Positions 48,311 to 57,612 of a stretch of 64,000 bases of DNA are shown one piece after another. Source of the DNA: a virus. The translations under genes were made by a program, and so were the position numbers. Each line of letters starts with the position of its first letter. Within the stretch, counting starts at the first letter, position 1. The notes under the pieces were generated by a model, which ran no database searches, had not been told where the DNA came from, and worked only from the letters and a program-made list of their open reading frames with translations. The stretch is from IMG/VR virus record IMGVR_UViG_3300023180_000018; one strand, 5' to 3'.

Positions 48311-49540
48311 CTACTTTTCCCAACCCTTAATCACCTCAGGTGAAAAGTTAGCGTAGGAAAATTCCATTCTATCTACTATCTTCACCGCATCATTTGTAAG
48401 ATGATCTATAGCAACAAATCCTTCTTGATTAGTAACTTTAAATCCTTTGCGCGTTTTAAGAAAAGTACCAATGTTACTAGCATGATTCATTTTATCTACG
48501 ATCAATTGTTTAGCGTCTACCAATAGATTCATCAATTCAAAGATTAATTGTATTTGAGACGCATTATATTTAGTAAATACCGATAATGCTTGTTTTTGTT
48601 TTTCTGCAATCTTATCTTTAGCAGCTTGTGTTTTTCTCTTAGACATTTCTTTTTTATAATAATCTATAATATAATTACTTAAAAGACGAGCATGAGTTTT
48701 AGGATTAATTTTTTTCTGTTGCCTAACAAACGTATTATTAAATGTTTTTGTACGCATATGTAATTCTTCATTTGTACTAAACTCATTTAATAATGCAGCA
48801 GGAATTTTATTAAATATGCGGCCGGCCTGAGATAAAATTGAAGTTACTTGATTTGTTTCAGCTACCGTGAATGTAGCATTGCCAGAAAGATCTTGATAAG
48901 TGGCATCCATCTGCCAAATTTTAGGAGATTGTTTAAACTTACTTGTAATGTTTTTTGCAAATGCAGCAGACATTGTTTCAAAAGATTTGCCAGTATATGT
49001 AGTATGCCAAACAATTCCTATATCAGCAGCTAATAATTGACGTGCTGCAGGCGTTCCCGCGGGAACCGCATACATGATAGTATTAGGTTGGAACGTAATA
49101 TAATTTACGCCATCAATTTTAGTTTTACTAAGATCACCTTTGGTAAACATCAAGTCGCCTTGATAAACTCCAGACTTAACGCCTAAAGTAGAAAAGCTAT
49201 TGAACGCTTGTATTAGTTTTGCCTGAAGATCTCCAGAAGTATCTGCTTTAACGTCTTCAACACTTTTATAAACTTTAGGATTCTTATTGAATACGCCTTT
49301 TTTAGCAACAAAGAATTTTCCGTCCGAAGGATCCACACCGACGAATACAGCGGGTGCACCATCCCACTTGACAGTGCGTGATATTTGAGTCCTAGAATGA
49401 CCGGCCAACATATCTCGTAAATCACGTAAAAAATTAATCGCTTTTCTAGTTCCATTAACTCCTTCATTGAAGATTAGATCTTCAACATGTTCCATGTGAG
49501 TATTTTTAGCTTCGATAAGATATGAATTAAATTTTAACAT
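48311..49540 (-). CDS. Conserved T4-like protein with ATP-dependent ligase-type nucleotidyltransferase motifs
   Basis: TVKWDG (I), QGDLMF (III), QEGFV (IV), VKIVDR (V); N-terminus MLKFNSYLIE. Confidence 0.6.
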   Translation of the reverse strand: MLKFNSYLIEAKNTHMEHVEDLIFNEGVNGTRKAINFLRDLRDMLAGHSRTQISRTVKWDGAPAVFVGVDPSDGKFFVAKKGVFNKNPKVYKSVEDVKADTSGDLQAKLIQAFNSFSTLGVKSGVYQGDLMFTKGDLSKTKIDGVNYITFQPNTIMYAVPAGTPAARQLLAADIGIVWHTTYTGKSFETMSAAFAKNITSKFKQSPKIWQMDATYQDLSGNATFTVAETNQVTSILSQAGRIFNKIPAALLNEFSTNEELHMRTKTFNNTFVRQQKKINPKTHARLLSNYIIDYYKKEMSKRKTQAAKDKIAEKQKQALSVFTKYNASQIQLIFELMNLLVDAKQLIVDKMNHASNIGTFLKTRKGFKVTNQEGFVAIDHLTNDAVKIVDRMEFSYANFSPEVIKGWEK

Positions 49541-49546
49541 GTTACT

Positions 49547-49576
49547 ATTCTACACTATTTTTATGAAAAAGTACAC
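49547..49576 (-). promoter_or_regulatory. sigma70/early-type promoter TGTACT-N17-TAGAAT
   Basis: -10 at 49547-49552, 6 nt before ATG 49540. Confidence 0.6.
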
Positions 49577-49617
49577 CATTTTTTTAGACTGTTTTATTAT
49601 ATACTTATTCTTTTTTG

Positions 49618-50574
49618 TTATATACTTTGTGTCGTTCCGACAATTTTTCCAGCTGGAAATACACCAATCCTTGCATTTCCTACAAACAATCCAGCGACAC
49701 GTGCCCCTCGGTCACTCGTATATCTAGCAAAATAAATACATTCATATCCACCGCTTTTAGGTATATCCCCGTTCTTTCCTTTATGATTAGATTTTATTTC
49801 GTAAACTTTACCACTCTTTTTTAGAGTCATACTTCCCTGGTGGAATTCATCGACATTTTCAATTCCGCGGGCTGCACCATAATTAACACCATAAATTGAT
49901 TTAGTAATAATAGAATTATCTTTTACTAATCTCGCAACCGAACTTTTTGGGGGTAAACCATTAGGAAATTTTTTAGCGCAATCCTTCATAAATTTCTTAA
50001 CTTCAGTACTACTATTAAATGTAGAGTCTGATAATCCACCATATTGTTGAAAATCACTTGGCTTTCTTCCAGCTTTGTGTGATAACCAACCAGTTTGATT
50101 ACCATCGACATCAACAATACTAAAATCAGATTTTGGTGCTCGTCTACCAGTTTGAGGCGTACTTATAATTCCTGCGCAATTTATAATTCTTCCACCACAT
50201 CTTAATCTTATACTAGATGTTTTTTCAATTTCAAATACGGCGTTTAATTTACCTTTAAATTCAGTTAAATAAAAATCTTCTGCCGCTGTGCCTGAACCAG
50301 CGCCTTTGCCACCAAATTCTGGTGTTTTAAAAAATTCTTTTGGATATTCAACAACAACTGGTCCTCCACCAACTACTTTACCTTTAAACGAACCGCTGTA
50401 ACCAGGAATATCCATTGCAGCATATAAACCATCAAATTGTTTTTTATCAAAGATAACGCTACCTTTAGCTGTAAAAAACTCAGTACCGTCTTTAATTTTT
50501 GCTACAAAAATTTTTAATCTTTCGCCGCCACGTTTACGCAAATCATTGTGTTGTAAAACTTTATATTCGGCCAT
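49618..50574 (-). CDS. Putative PD-(D/E)xK-fold nuclease
   Basis: E..PKSDF..WLSHK..FQQYGG resembles the D..(S)xK variant of the restriction-like fold. Confidence 0.5.
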   Translation of the reverse strand: MAEYKVLQHNDLRKRGGERLKIFVAKIKDGTEFFTAKGSVIFDKKQFDGLYAAMDIPGYSGSFKGKVVGGGPVVVEYPKEFFKTPEFGGKGAGSGTAAEDFYLTEFKGKLNAVFEIEKTSSIRLRCGGRIINCAGIISTPQTGRRAPKSDFSIVDVDGNQTGWLSHKAGRKPSDFQQYGGLSDSTFNSSTEVKKFMKDCAKKFPNGLPPKSSVARLVKDNSIITKSIYGVNYGAARGIENVDEFHQGSMTLKKSGKVYEIKSNHKGKNGDIPKSGGYECIYFARYTSDRGARVAGLFVGNARIGVFPAGKIVGTTQSI

Positions 50575-50593
50575 GCGAATACCTTAAATATTT

Positions 50594-51307
50594 TTATATA
50601 TTTATAAAAATATCATTTAATACAGGCAAGGGATCGACCAGCGGCCGCTTTGGAGGTGTTTTAATATTAAAGTTTAAAGTATATCTATTTTCATTTTTAT
50701 TATTTGAAATATACTTATGATAACCATTTGCATCATTATTTAAAAATATAAATGCACGATTTTTTTTCCATTCTATTTCTTCTATCTCGTTACCATCTTT
50801 ATCACACAATATAGTTCCTTGATTTTCGTCATTCAAATAAACCACAACAGATAATATTTTAACATAAAGATCTATATGAGGAGGATATTTGTATCCATAA
50901 CCAGCAGACGCTAAAGACATATACATACGTGTAGTTGGAACATTATACTGTTTAGGTAATAGCTGAAAAAGAAAATCATATATAGTTTTTTGATATTCAT
51001 CAAATAATCTGTACAAATATAATTGTGCGTTTGCTTGTTCTTTATTTGCTTTTAAAAATTTTGACAACTTTGATTTATTAATCTCTGTACATTTATTAAG
51101 ACCATTACGTTGATCATGCTGTTTGAAAGCCTGGCCCAATCTTGTTCTTTCATCTTTTGAATTTAAAGACGACATAAAATCTGCGTCTATACTCATTATT
51201 CTTTGAACTTGATGTGGGGCCTGGAAAAACTTTAATGTTTTACAAAAATTTAAAGCTTCATTTAACTCTTTTTGTGATAGAAAATCATCGACAATAATGT
51301 ATTGCAT
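50594..51307 (-). CDS. 2OG-Fe(II) oxygenase
   Basis: IVDDFL, PHID..SVVVYLN..GT..WKKNRAFIF..H..RYTLNFN. Confidence 0.8.
   Translation of the reverse strand: MQYIIVDDFLSQKELNEALNFCKTLKFFQAPHQVQRIMSIDADFMSSLNSKDERTRLGQAFKQHDQRNGLNKCTEINKSKLSKFLKANKEQANAQLYLYRLFDEYQKTIYDFLFQLLPKQYNVPTTRMYMSLASAGYGYKYPPHIDLYVKILSVVVYLNDENQGTILCDKDGNEIEEIEWKKNRAFIFLNNDANGYHKYISNNKNENRYTLNFNIKTPPKRPLVDPLPVLNDIFINI
50599..50606 (-). promoter_or_regulatory. T4-type late promoter TATAAATA
   Basis: Exact match 24 nt upstream of ATG 50574. Confidence 0.7.
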
Positions 51308-51310
51308 AAT

Positions 51311-51868
51311 TTATACGTACACAAACCATTCTGGTACTTCACGCTTTGACCATACCATATTGAAGCGATGCTGCTTAGTTTGATAAAACATACGATAAGA
51401 TTTGACAGGATCGTTAGGGAACATACATTCCGGATTAGATTTCATTGCCAATGGAAAAGGCGTTTGACCAAGAGTTCTAGGTATATTACGAGGAGGAGTT
51501 TTGAGAGGTTCACGCAATAGCTGATCAGTTAGATGTAATTTGCCATAACGATGAGTGTATTCGTCGCAGAGAGCAACGAAGTGTTTGTAATGCCAATTGT
51601 AATTAGCTAAGGTTTCACGAGTCCATACTGTACACGGATGATTGAAATGAACGGCTTTGTAAAATAGTTCTTCGCTATCATCTTCTAATTCATAGTATTT
51701 TACCATAGTCTTACCAGACTTAGATGGTTTCCTAGTTTCAAAGCCATCAAGCATACGATGAGCAGTGCAAAGCATTTGAGCAGATTCGACAATCATTTTA
51801 GGTACATGTTTGTCGCACTGTTGTTCAGCAGCACACACGGGACAATAATCAAGGATAAATAAATTCAT
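51311..51868 (-). CDS. Pyrimidine-dimer DNA glycosylase-like protein (DenV-related)
   Basis: MNLFILD..CDKHVPKMIVESAQMLCTAH..HFNHPCTVW..LCDEYTHRYGK. Confidence 0.7.
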   Translation of the reverse strand: MNLFILDYCPVCAAEQQCDKHVPKMIVESAQMLCTAHRMLDGFETRKPSKSGKTMVKYYELEDDSEELFYKAVHFNHPCTVWTRETLANYNWHYKHFVALCDEYTHRYGKLHLTDQLLREPLKTPPRNIPRTLGQTPFPLAMKSNPECMFPNDPVKSYRMFYQTKQHRFNMVWSKREVPEWFVYV

Positions 51869-52032
51869 TATCTATTTCTATAAGCTAACTTACTGTTATA
51901 TAAACTATAAACGCGTTTATTAGTTACTAACTGGTATCCAGAAAAATCTAATATTTCTTCTAATTTATTTTTTTCTAAGAATTCTTTAAAGTCAGTTAAA
52001 CTATTCCACTTTTTTTCTAAGTAATCATCCAT
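51868..52032 (-). CDS. Hypothetical protein (54 aa)
   Basis: Manual translation MDDYLEKKWNSL..; TAATG coupling. Confidence 0.5.
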   Translation of the reverse strand: MDDYLEKKWNSLTDFKEFLEKNKLEEILDFSGYQLVTNKRVYSLYNSKLAYRNR

Positions 52033-52220
52033 AATATTAATACTACCATAAGTATAAGAAAAAGTAAACCACTAAATCCATAAAAAATAGCTTTTATAAT
52101 AAAGCCGCCAAAATTAGCTAGAGCCATAAAACATAAACCAATTGCAAAAGAAATAATTGCTAGTTTAAATATGAAAGTAGCTGCTAACCAAGCAAAAATA
52201 ATATAATCTATTTCTTCCAT
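52017..52220 (-). CDS. Small hydrophobic membrane protein
   Basis: Almost entirely hydrophobic ORF. Confidence 0.5.
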   Translation of the reverse strand: MEEIDYIIFAWLAATFIFKLAIISFAIGLCFMALANFGGFIIKAIFYGFSGLLFLILMVVLILWMIT

Positions 52221-52369
52221 GATTGTTGATATCTATATTCACGTCTTAACCACCATTTGTATTTTTTGAAATACTCAGCAGCATCATAACATGGAGGTTT
52301 GCCTTCCCAAGATTCTGTTTCTAATTTATGTTCTTCCCACATTTGTAATAACCAGGTTCTAAAATCCAT
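52208..52369 (-). CDS. Hypothetical protein (53 aa)
   Basis: Manual translation MDFRTWLLQMWEEH..YFKKYKWWLRREY; GGAG RBS. Confidence 0.6.
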   Translation of the reverse strand: MDFRTWLLQMWEEHKLETESWEGKPPCYDAAEYFKKYKWWLRREYRYQQSWKK

Positions 52370-52896
52370 TATTGTACTCCCATTATTTGTACGTCAATAA
52401 TTTCACCAGGTTGATACATAATTGGTCTAGTAACAGTATAACGACTGCCGTCGTTTAATCTTACACGAATTTTATATCCTTCGACCACTGTGGTAGTAAC
52501 AACTGTAGTTCTACCACTTGGCCTAAGCTCACAATTTTTAGTAGCGTTCTCAACTTTATCATTGATATCATTACCAATTTTATTTCCAAGAATAGCACCA
52601 ACAGCCATAGCGCCATATCTTCCTCGGCCATCACCTATTTTATCGCCAATCGCAATACCAATAGCTGAACCAAGAGCGCCAGTAGAACTACCAAATACTC
52701 TTCTAGAACTATCTTCTATCCAGCCACGTGCTACGTAATTGGTTTCACAAACTTCAATAACATCATCCAAAGGAACGCGTTCGTAATAGTTACGTTCAAT
52801 AGGTTGTGATCTTATCACCTCAGCTTGAATTGCTGCTGCTTGATTACACACAAATATAGCAAAAACGCTAACTAAAAATACAATAATTCTTTTCAT
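52369..52896 (-). CDS. Secreted glycine-zipper 2TM protein (YcfJ-like)
   Basis: Signal peptide; GALGSAIGIAIG..G.GRGR..AMAVGAILGNKIG. Confidence 0.75.
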   Translation of the reverse strand: MKRIIVFLVSVFAIFVCNQAAAIQAEVIRSQPIERNYYERVPLDDVIEVCETNYVARGWIEDSSRRVFGSSTGALGSAIGIAIGDKIGDGRGRYGAMAVGAILGNKIGNDINDKVENATKNCELRPSGRTTVVTTTVVEGYKIRVRLNDGSRYTVTRPIMYQPGEIIDVQIMGVQ

Positions 52897-52919
52897 ATCT
52901 TTTCCTCATTTATATGGCT

Positions 52920-52968
52920 ATTCTATACAAATTGGCCGAAAAAATATATAGCGTATAAGCTATTGATT
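52920..52968 (-). promoter_or_regulatory. Early-type promoter with IHF-like box AATCAATAGCTTA
   Basis: TAGAAT at 52920-52925; exact WATCAANNNNTTR at 52956-52968; weak -35. Confidence 0.55.
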
Positions 52969-52977
52969 TAATTACGC

Positions 52978-53541
52978 TTATTCAACAGCATTATAATCTC
53001 TAAGATACTTAAACACTTCAGCAGCAGATGTTACACTAAATGGATCGTTTTCTGCATTATCTTGCTTGCCTGGCTCAATAAACATTTTTTGAACTACTCC
53101 ATTATTAATGACTGCTGCATATCTCCAAGATCTTTTTCCAAACCCTAGATTATCTTTTGCAACTAGCATTCCCATACCTTCAGTAAATAATCCAGATCCA
53201 TCAGGAATCATTTTAACGCGTTCACAACCTTTACTTTTTGCCCAAGCATTCATTACAAATGAATCATTTACAGATACGCAATAAATGTCATCAACGCCTT
53301 CATTACGAAAATTTTGAGCATGAAGTTCATATTCTGGTAATTGGTAAGTATCACACGTAGGAGTAAATGCACCTGGCAAACTAAAAATTACTACAAGTTT
53401 ATTTGAAAAAATATCAGAAGTAGTAACGTCTTCCCATACATAGGGATTTTCTTGTCCAGGAATTTCATTCCCTTCTTCGTCTAATTCTGGCCTTCTTACT
53501 CTTGTTTTAAATGTCACGTTTGGTACAGCTTGTCCTTCCAT
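52978..53541 (-). CDS. Peroxiredoxin (Prx5/redoxin family)
   Basis: LPGAFTPTC, SVNDSFVMNAW, DGSG.FT, GFGKRSWRYA. Confidence 0.92.
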   Translation of the reverse strand: MEGQAVPNVTFKTRVRRPELDEEGNEIPGQENPYVWEDVTTSDIFSNKLVVIFSLPGAFTPTCDTYQLPEYELHAQNFRNEGVDDIYCVSVNDSFVMNAWAKSKGCERVKMIPDGSGLFTEGMGMLVAKDNLGFGKRSWRYAAVINNGVVQKMFIEPGKQDNAENDPFSVTSAAEVFKYLRDYNAVE

Positions 53542-53554
53542 TTTAGATTTCTCC

Positions 53555-53746
53555 TTATTGAATTATATCTAAATATTTTTCTAATTGATTGATTTCCAAC
53601 ATTTCTTTTATATCACTTGCAGACATATATCTTAAGCAACAATATAAAAGATGTTCTCCATCTATATATCCAGCTTCTATATGCTTATAAAGTAAATCTC
53701 TTACATCAATCTGTTTACCATCGTTGAGTTGTATGTATTGTGTCAT
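53555..53746 (-). CDS. Hypothetical protein
   Basis: ORF coupled to the helicase stop. Confidence 0.55.
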   Translation of the reverse strand: MTQYIQLNDGKQIDVRDLLYKHIEAGYIDGEHLLYCCLRYMSASDIKEMLEINQLEKYLDIIQ

Positions 53747-55137
53747 TTCCAAAGCTCAAATACATTTTTATCTATTTTTTCTCGTTTTAATCCTTCGCCA
53801 AATGAAGTGTTATCCATTACTGGTTTATCATCAACAATACCTTGCTGAGCATTTTGTTCTACATCATATAGTTTCATCTTTGATCTATCAACACCAATAA
53901 CAAATCTTCTATTAGATGAAGGATCGTTATAACGATTTTTTAATTGTTTAATCATCAGCTGATTTAAAGATTCTAACTCTTCATTTGATATTGCTGCTAT
54001 CATAAAATCTGCAGTTGCAGGTAAACCAAATGATTCAGACGTATCTTCAAGTCCAACATCAGAGTTTGTAAAACCAGTTCTATTTGTTTGAGTAGCACTG
54101 AATATAGGTAAGTTGTATTCTACAGCCAGGCCACGCAATTCTTCAGCAATAGATTTTATATAAGAATATGTGTTTACATTAGATCCCATTTTTAATCTTG
54201 ATGAAATACAAAGATTAAGATAGTCAATGTAAATAACATCTGGCGTAAACTTTTTCTTCATTTTTAATTCATTTAATAAATGTCGAAAATGACCAGATCC
54301 TACTGAAGCTGTAGGATATTCTTTGACAATTAATTTACCATTTGTTTTCTTTTGTACTATATTTAATTTTTTTGAATAAGAATCTTTTGGTAATGTTTCC
54401 AAATCATTTAATGCAACATTCATTAAGTTAGCATCAATACGTTCTGCAATTCTTTCTTCAGCCATTTCTAACGTAATGTATAAAACATTTTTGCCCTGCA
54501 TTAAATTAGATGCAGCAAAATGACACATCATTAATGTTTTACCTACGCCAGTACCCGCCAAAATCATATTAAGAGTTTTTCTAGGTACACCTCCACGTGT
54601 AATCTCATTCATATATTCAAGATCAAACGGTAATCTTTCTACAACCTTGTGATAAAAGTCATATCTTTCTTCAAAGTCTTCTAAGAAATCATGGCCAATA
54701 TGATTATCAAAAGAAACTGCTAATGCATCTTGTAATATTTGTGGGATAGCACCTTTATCATTATTAGATTTATTATCAATAATTTGTATGCTTTCCATTA
54801 TAGCATTATATACTGCTTTATCCTGACAGTATTTTTCAGTTTGATATATCAACCATTCATAATCAACATCATTTTTTGTAGTAATAATTTCTAGTGTTTT
54901 TAAACAATTTTCATATGTATCTTGATTAATATTAGCTTCATCTAATTCTATTTTTATAGCACTAGATGATGGTGCCATATTATACTTATCAAAATATTGT
55001 CTAATTGTGTTGAAGATTGTACGCTGATCAAAGTTTATAAAATATTCTTCTTTAATATATGGTATTGATGCTCGAATATAATTTTCATCATTGATTAAAC
55101 TCGATAAGATTAAATTTTCAATGTCTATATTCGTCAT
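53743..55137 (-). CDS. gp41: Replicative DNA helicase gp41
   Basis: AGTGVGKT, ITLEMAEE, IDYLN, SATQTNR, TSESFGLPATAD, KQLKNRY. Confidence 0.96.
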   Translation of the reverse strand: MTNIDIENLILSSLINDENYIRASIPYIKEEYFINFDQRTIFNTIRQYFDKYNMAPSSSAIKIELDEANINQDTYENCLKTLEIITTKNDVDYEWLIYQTEKYCQDKAVYNAIMESIQIIDNKSNNDKGAIPQILQDALAVSFDNHIGHDFLEDFEERYDFYHKVVERLPFDLEYMNEITRGGVPRKTLNMILAGTGVGKTLMMCHFAASNLMQGKNVLYITLEMAEERIAERIDANLMNVALNDLETLPKDSYSKKLNIVQKKTNGKLIVKEYPTASVGSGHFRHLLNELKMKKKFTPDVIYIDYLNLCISSRLKMGSNVNTYSYIKSIAEELRGLAVEYNLPIFSATQTNRTGFTNSDVGLEDTSESFGLPATADFMIAAISNEELESLNQLMIKQLKNRYNDPSSNRRFVIGVDRSKMKLYDVEQNAQQGIVDDKPVMDNTSFGEGLKREKIDKNVFELWK

Positions 55138-56195
55138 TCATTGCCCTCAATAAAATCATTAATTTCTCTATCACGAATAATCGTGCTATGTGCTACTTGA
55201 TATTTTGTTTTTACAAATTCTGGAAATTCTTTGGAAGAAAGAATGGGTTTCCAAAATTCAGAAGTATCAGTATCTTTGATTCTAAATTTCTTTTCTTCTA
55301 CTTCCCCGCTTGATATATCCACTCTAGAATACCAACCATTACTAGGCTTTACTACGAAACCGCCATCCATAGCAATATCCAAGAGACCAGACCACTTAGA
55401 AATACCACCGTCAAAAGAAACACTGACAGGTATTTTTGACTTTTCTTTAACATGGCGTGATTTCTCTACGTTAATAATAAAATTATAACCAGTAACTTCG
55501 GTACCAGTTTTTTCTTGCTGACGACCAATGATGTAAATATTATCAGCGGAGTAGTAGGAGCCCGTTCCTCCGCCAACAATATCTTTAGGGAACAAACCAA
55601 TTTCTTTGTACGTGTGGTTTACCACTACCATAGGAATATCTTTTAATGTAAGATGTGGTGTAACCATGCGGAACAATGATTTGATTTGCTTTGCTCTCGA
55701 CATATCAGCAACTGACTTTTCATTCAAAGCATCTTCAACTTCTTTCTTTGAAGCAAGGTTACCAATAGAATCGATCACAATAATGACTCGCTCACCACGA
55801 TCAAGTTGATCGAGTTGTTTCATAATATCAAATTTCAATTGCTCAACGTCAGTAATAGGCGTATGCAATACTCGATCTTTATCAATTTCAAACGAGTCAA
55901 AATATGATTGCGGAGTACCAAACTCAGAATCATAAAAAAGTAAAGCTGCATCTTCATACTTGTCAAGGTATGACTTAGCCATCAATAAACTAAATGCAGT
56001 TTTAAAATGTTTAGAAGGACCAGCCCACATTGTAAGGCCAGGCGTTAAACCACCATCTAGTTTACCACTCAATGCAATGTTGATAACCGGAATAGATGTT
56101 GGGATCATATCTTTTTCTGTAAAAAACTTAGAGTCAACTAATAAAGCAGAATCTTTAATAGTTGAATTTTTCTTAAGTTTATCTAATACACTCAT
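55134..56195 (-). CDS. uvsX: RecA-like recombinase UvsX
   Basis: GPSKHFKT, YDSEFG, DSIGNLASKKE, DMSRAK, GGTG; GGAG RBS supports MSVLDKL. Confidence 0.95.
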   Translation of the reverse strand: MSVLDKLKKNSTIKDSALLVDSKFFTEKDMIPTSIPVINIALSGKLDGGLTPGLTMWAGPSKHFKTAFSLLMAKSYLDKYEDAALLFYDSEFGTPQSYFDSFEIDKDRVLHTPITDVEQLKFDIMKQLDQLDRGERVIIVIDSIGNLASKKEVEDALNEKSVADMSRAKQIKSLFRMVTPHLTLKDIPMVVVNHTYKEIGLFPKDIVGGGTGSYYSADNIYIIGRQQEKTGTEVTGYNFIINVEKSRHVKEKSKIPVSVSFDGGISKWSGLLDIAMDGGFVVKPSNGWYSRVDISSGEVEEKKFRIKDTDTSEFWKPILSSKEFPEFVKTKYQVAHSTIIRDREINDFIEGNE

Positions 56196-56222
56196 GTAGT
56201 TCTCCAATATATAGTTTGTATA

Positions 56223-56924
56223 TTATACTGCATTATGATTTGTTTGTAAACCAGCTAACCAAGATTCTATTTCCATTTCTTTAGGATTTTTAATTCTTGG
56301 TGCTCTTGGTATATCGTCTACGCTCGTTAACCCATTTGTAGATTTTCTATTCCACGCTACAGCTTGAGGAGGATCACACAAATATAATGGCATTGTGGGT
56401 TTCATCATTAATCTTTTATCTACACCAAGAGTTACTCCATGTTCTTCTATTTCGTCAATAAGAAACTGCGCTGTAGCAGGCGTAATAGAATATGCGTGAC
56501 AACCTTTTCCTCTTTTTATCTCTGTTAATTTTTGTGCTGGACCAATTGGTTTATAATGTTCTATTTCCATTACATGATTTCCAAATGATACAACACTCAT
56601 GTCCGGAATGTCTAGTGTTTTTACGTCACCAAGAATAATAGCATCGTGTTCTAATATAATACATGGCTTTCCTAATTCTATAATTCTTTTCCAACATTTA
56701 ATCATACTAGAATGGACGCAACAATTTCCATCTGTATTTTTATAATGTCTATGCATTTTTATACCAACAGAATTAAATGCATTTTTACAATCTAAAAACT
56801 CTACAGCATCAATAAATTCATATTTTAATCCATGTTCTTTGCACGAATCAGCACATCCTTGTGCGTATTCCATTGATAATGGAACTTGTAATCTTCTAAT
56901 TATTAGTCCTCGGTCCACTTTCAT
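56223..56924 (-). CDS. Glycosyltransferase family 25-like
   Basis: FIDAV..CCVHSS..W..IILEHDA..HAYSITP..A..L. Confidence 0.7.
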   Translation of the reverse strand: MKVDRGLIIRRLQVPLSMEYAQGCADSCKEHGLKYEFIDAVEFLDCKNAFNSVGIKMHRHYKNTDGNCCVHSSMIKCWKRIIELGKPCIILEHDAIILGDVKTLDIPDMSVVSFGNHVMEIEHYKPIGPAQKLTEIKRGKGCHAYSITPATAQFLIDEIEEHGVTLGVDKRLMMKPTMPLYLCDPPQAVAWNRKSTNGLTSVDDIPRAPRIKNPKEMEIESWLAGLQTNHNAV

Positions 56925-57612
56925 ATACTATATCCATACATGGTTTATGGTTTGTAAATTCACTACACATTTTTTGATGCGTAACTAAAAAATCATTGAA
57001 ATCCTGCATTAAATTTTTATGTATAAGAATACCTGTCCATTGTCCATTCGTCATAGTTTTATCATGTATCATAAAATAATCTTCATGCGGAATAAATGTT
57101 CCAACATCAGGATCCATTTCATAAGAATGATTAGTGTGGCCAGGTCTTGCAGGATTATTATTTTGGCAATCATGATATACTATAATATCAAATTTATGGT
57201 GTAACACATCAAGCGCGCTTCTTCTTGTTGATGCGTATTGATCTACAAATAAAAAATTATAACCATCTGTATTTAAATTTGAATAATAGTTTTCAACTTC
57301 TTTTATTTTTTCTTTTGTCAACTCCCATCTTTTAGTATGAACACGAATACCATCGCCTAGAGTGTGCAGTATGAATTTATTATTTTCATCTTCACCAAAT
57401 TCTTTTCTAACTTTATCATACCAAGATGCGTCATTTTCTATTGACAAAACTTTATTAGCGTAATTGCGAAAAACTTTAGTACTAAAGTTTCCACACCCTA
57501 ATTCAATAACACCTGTAATATTATACGTACTGCATAGTGCAGCATTAACTGGTATATGAGATCCCCAGGATTCTGCTTGTTTTATTTTTGATAGCTCTGT
57601 TAGTATACTCAT
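56896..57612 (-). CDS. Methyltransferase-fold protein
   Basis: SHIP, VIELGCGNFST, SIEND..W, FVD, HD. Confidence 0.6.
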   Translation of the reverse strand: MSILTELSKIKQAESWGSHIPVNAALCSTYNITGVIELGCGNFSTKVFRNYANKVLSIENDASWYDKVRKEFGEDENNKFILHTLGDGIRVHTKRWELTKEKIKEVENYYSNLNTDGYNFLFVDQYASTRRSALDVLHHKFDIIVYHDCQNNNPARPGHTNHSYEMDPDVGTFIPHEDYFMIHDKTMTNGQWTGILIHKNLMQDFNDFLVTHQKMCSEFTNHKPCMDIVYESGPRTNN

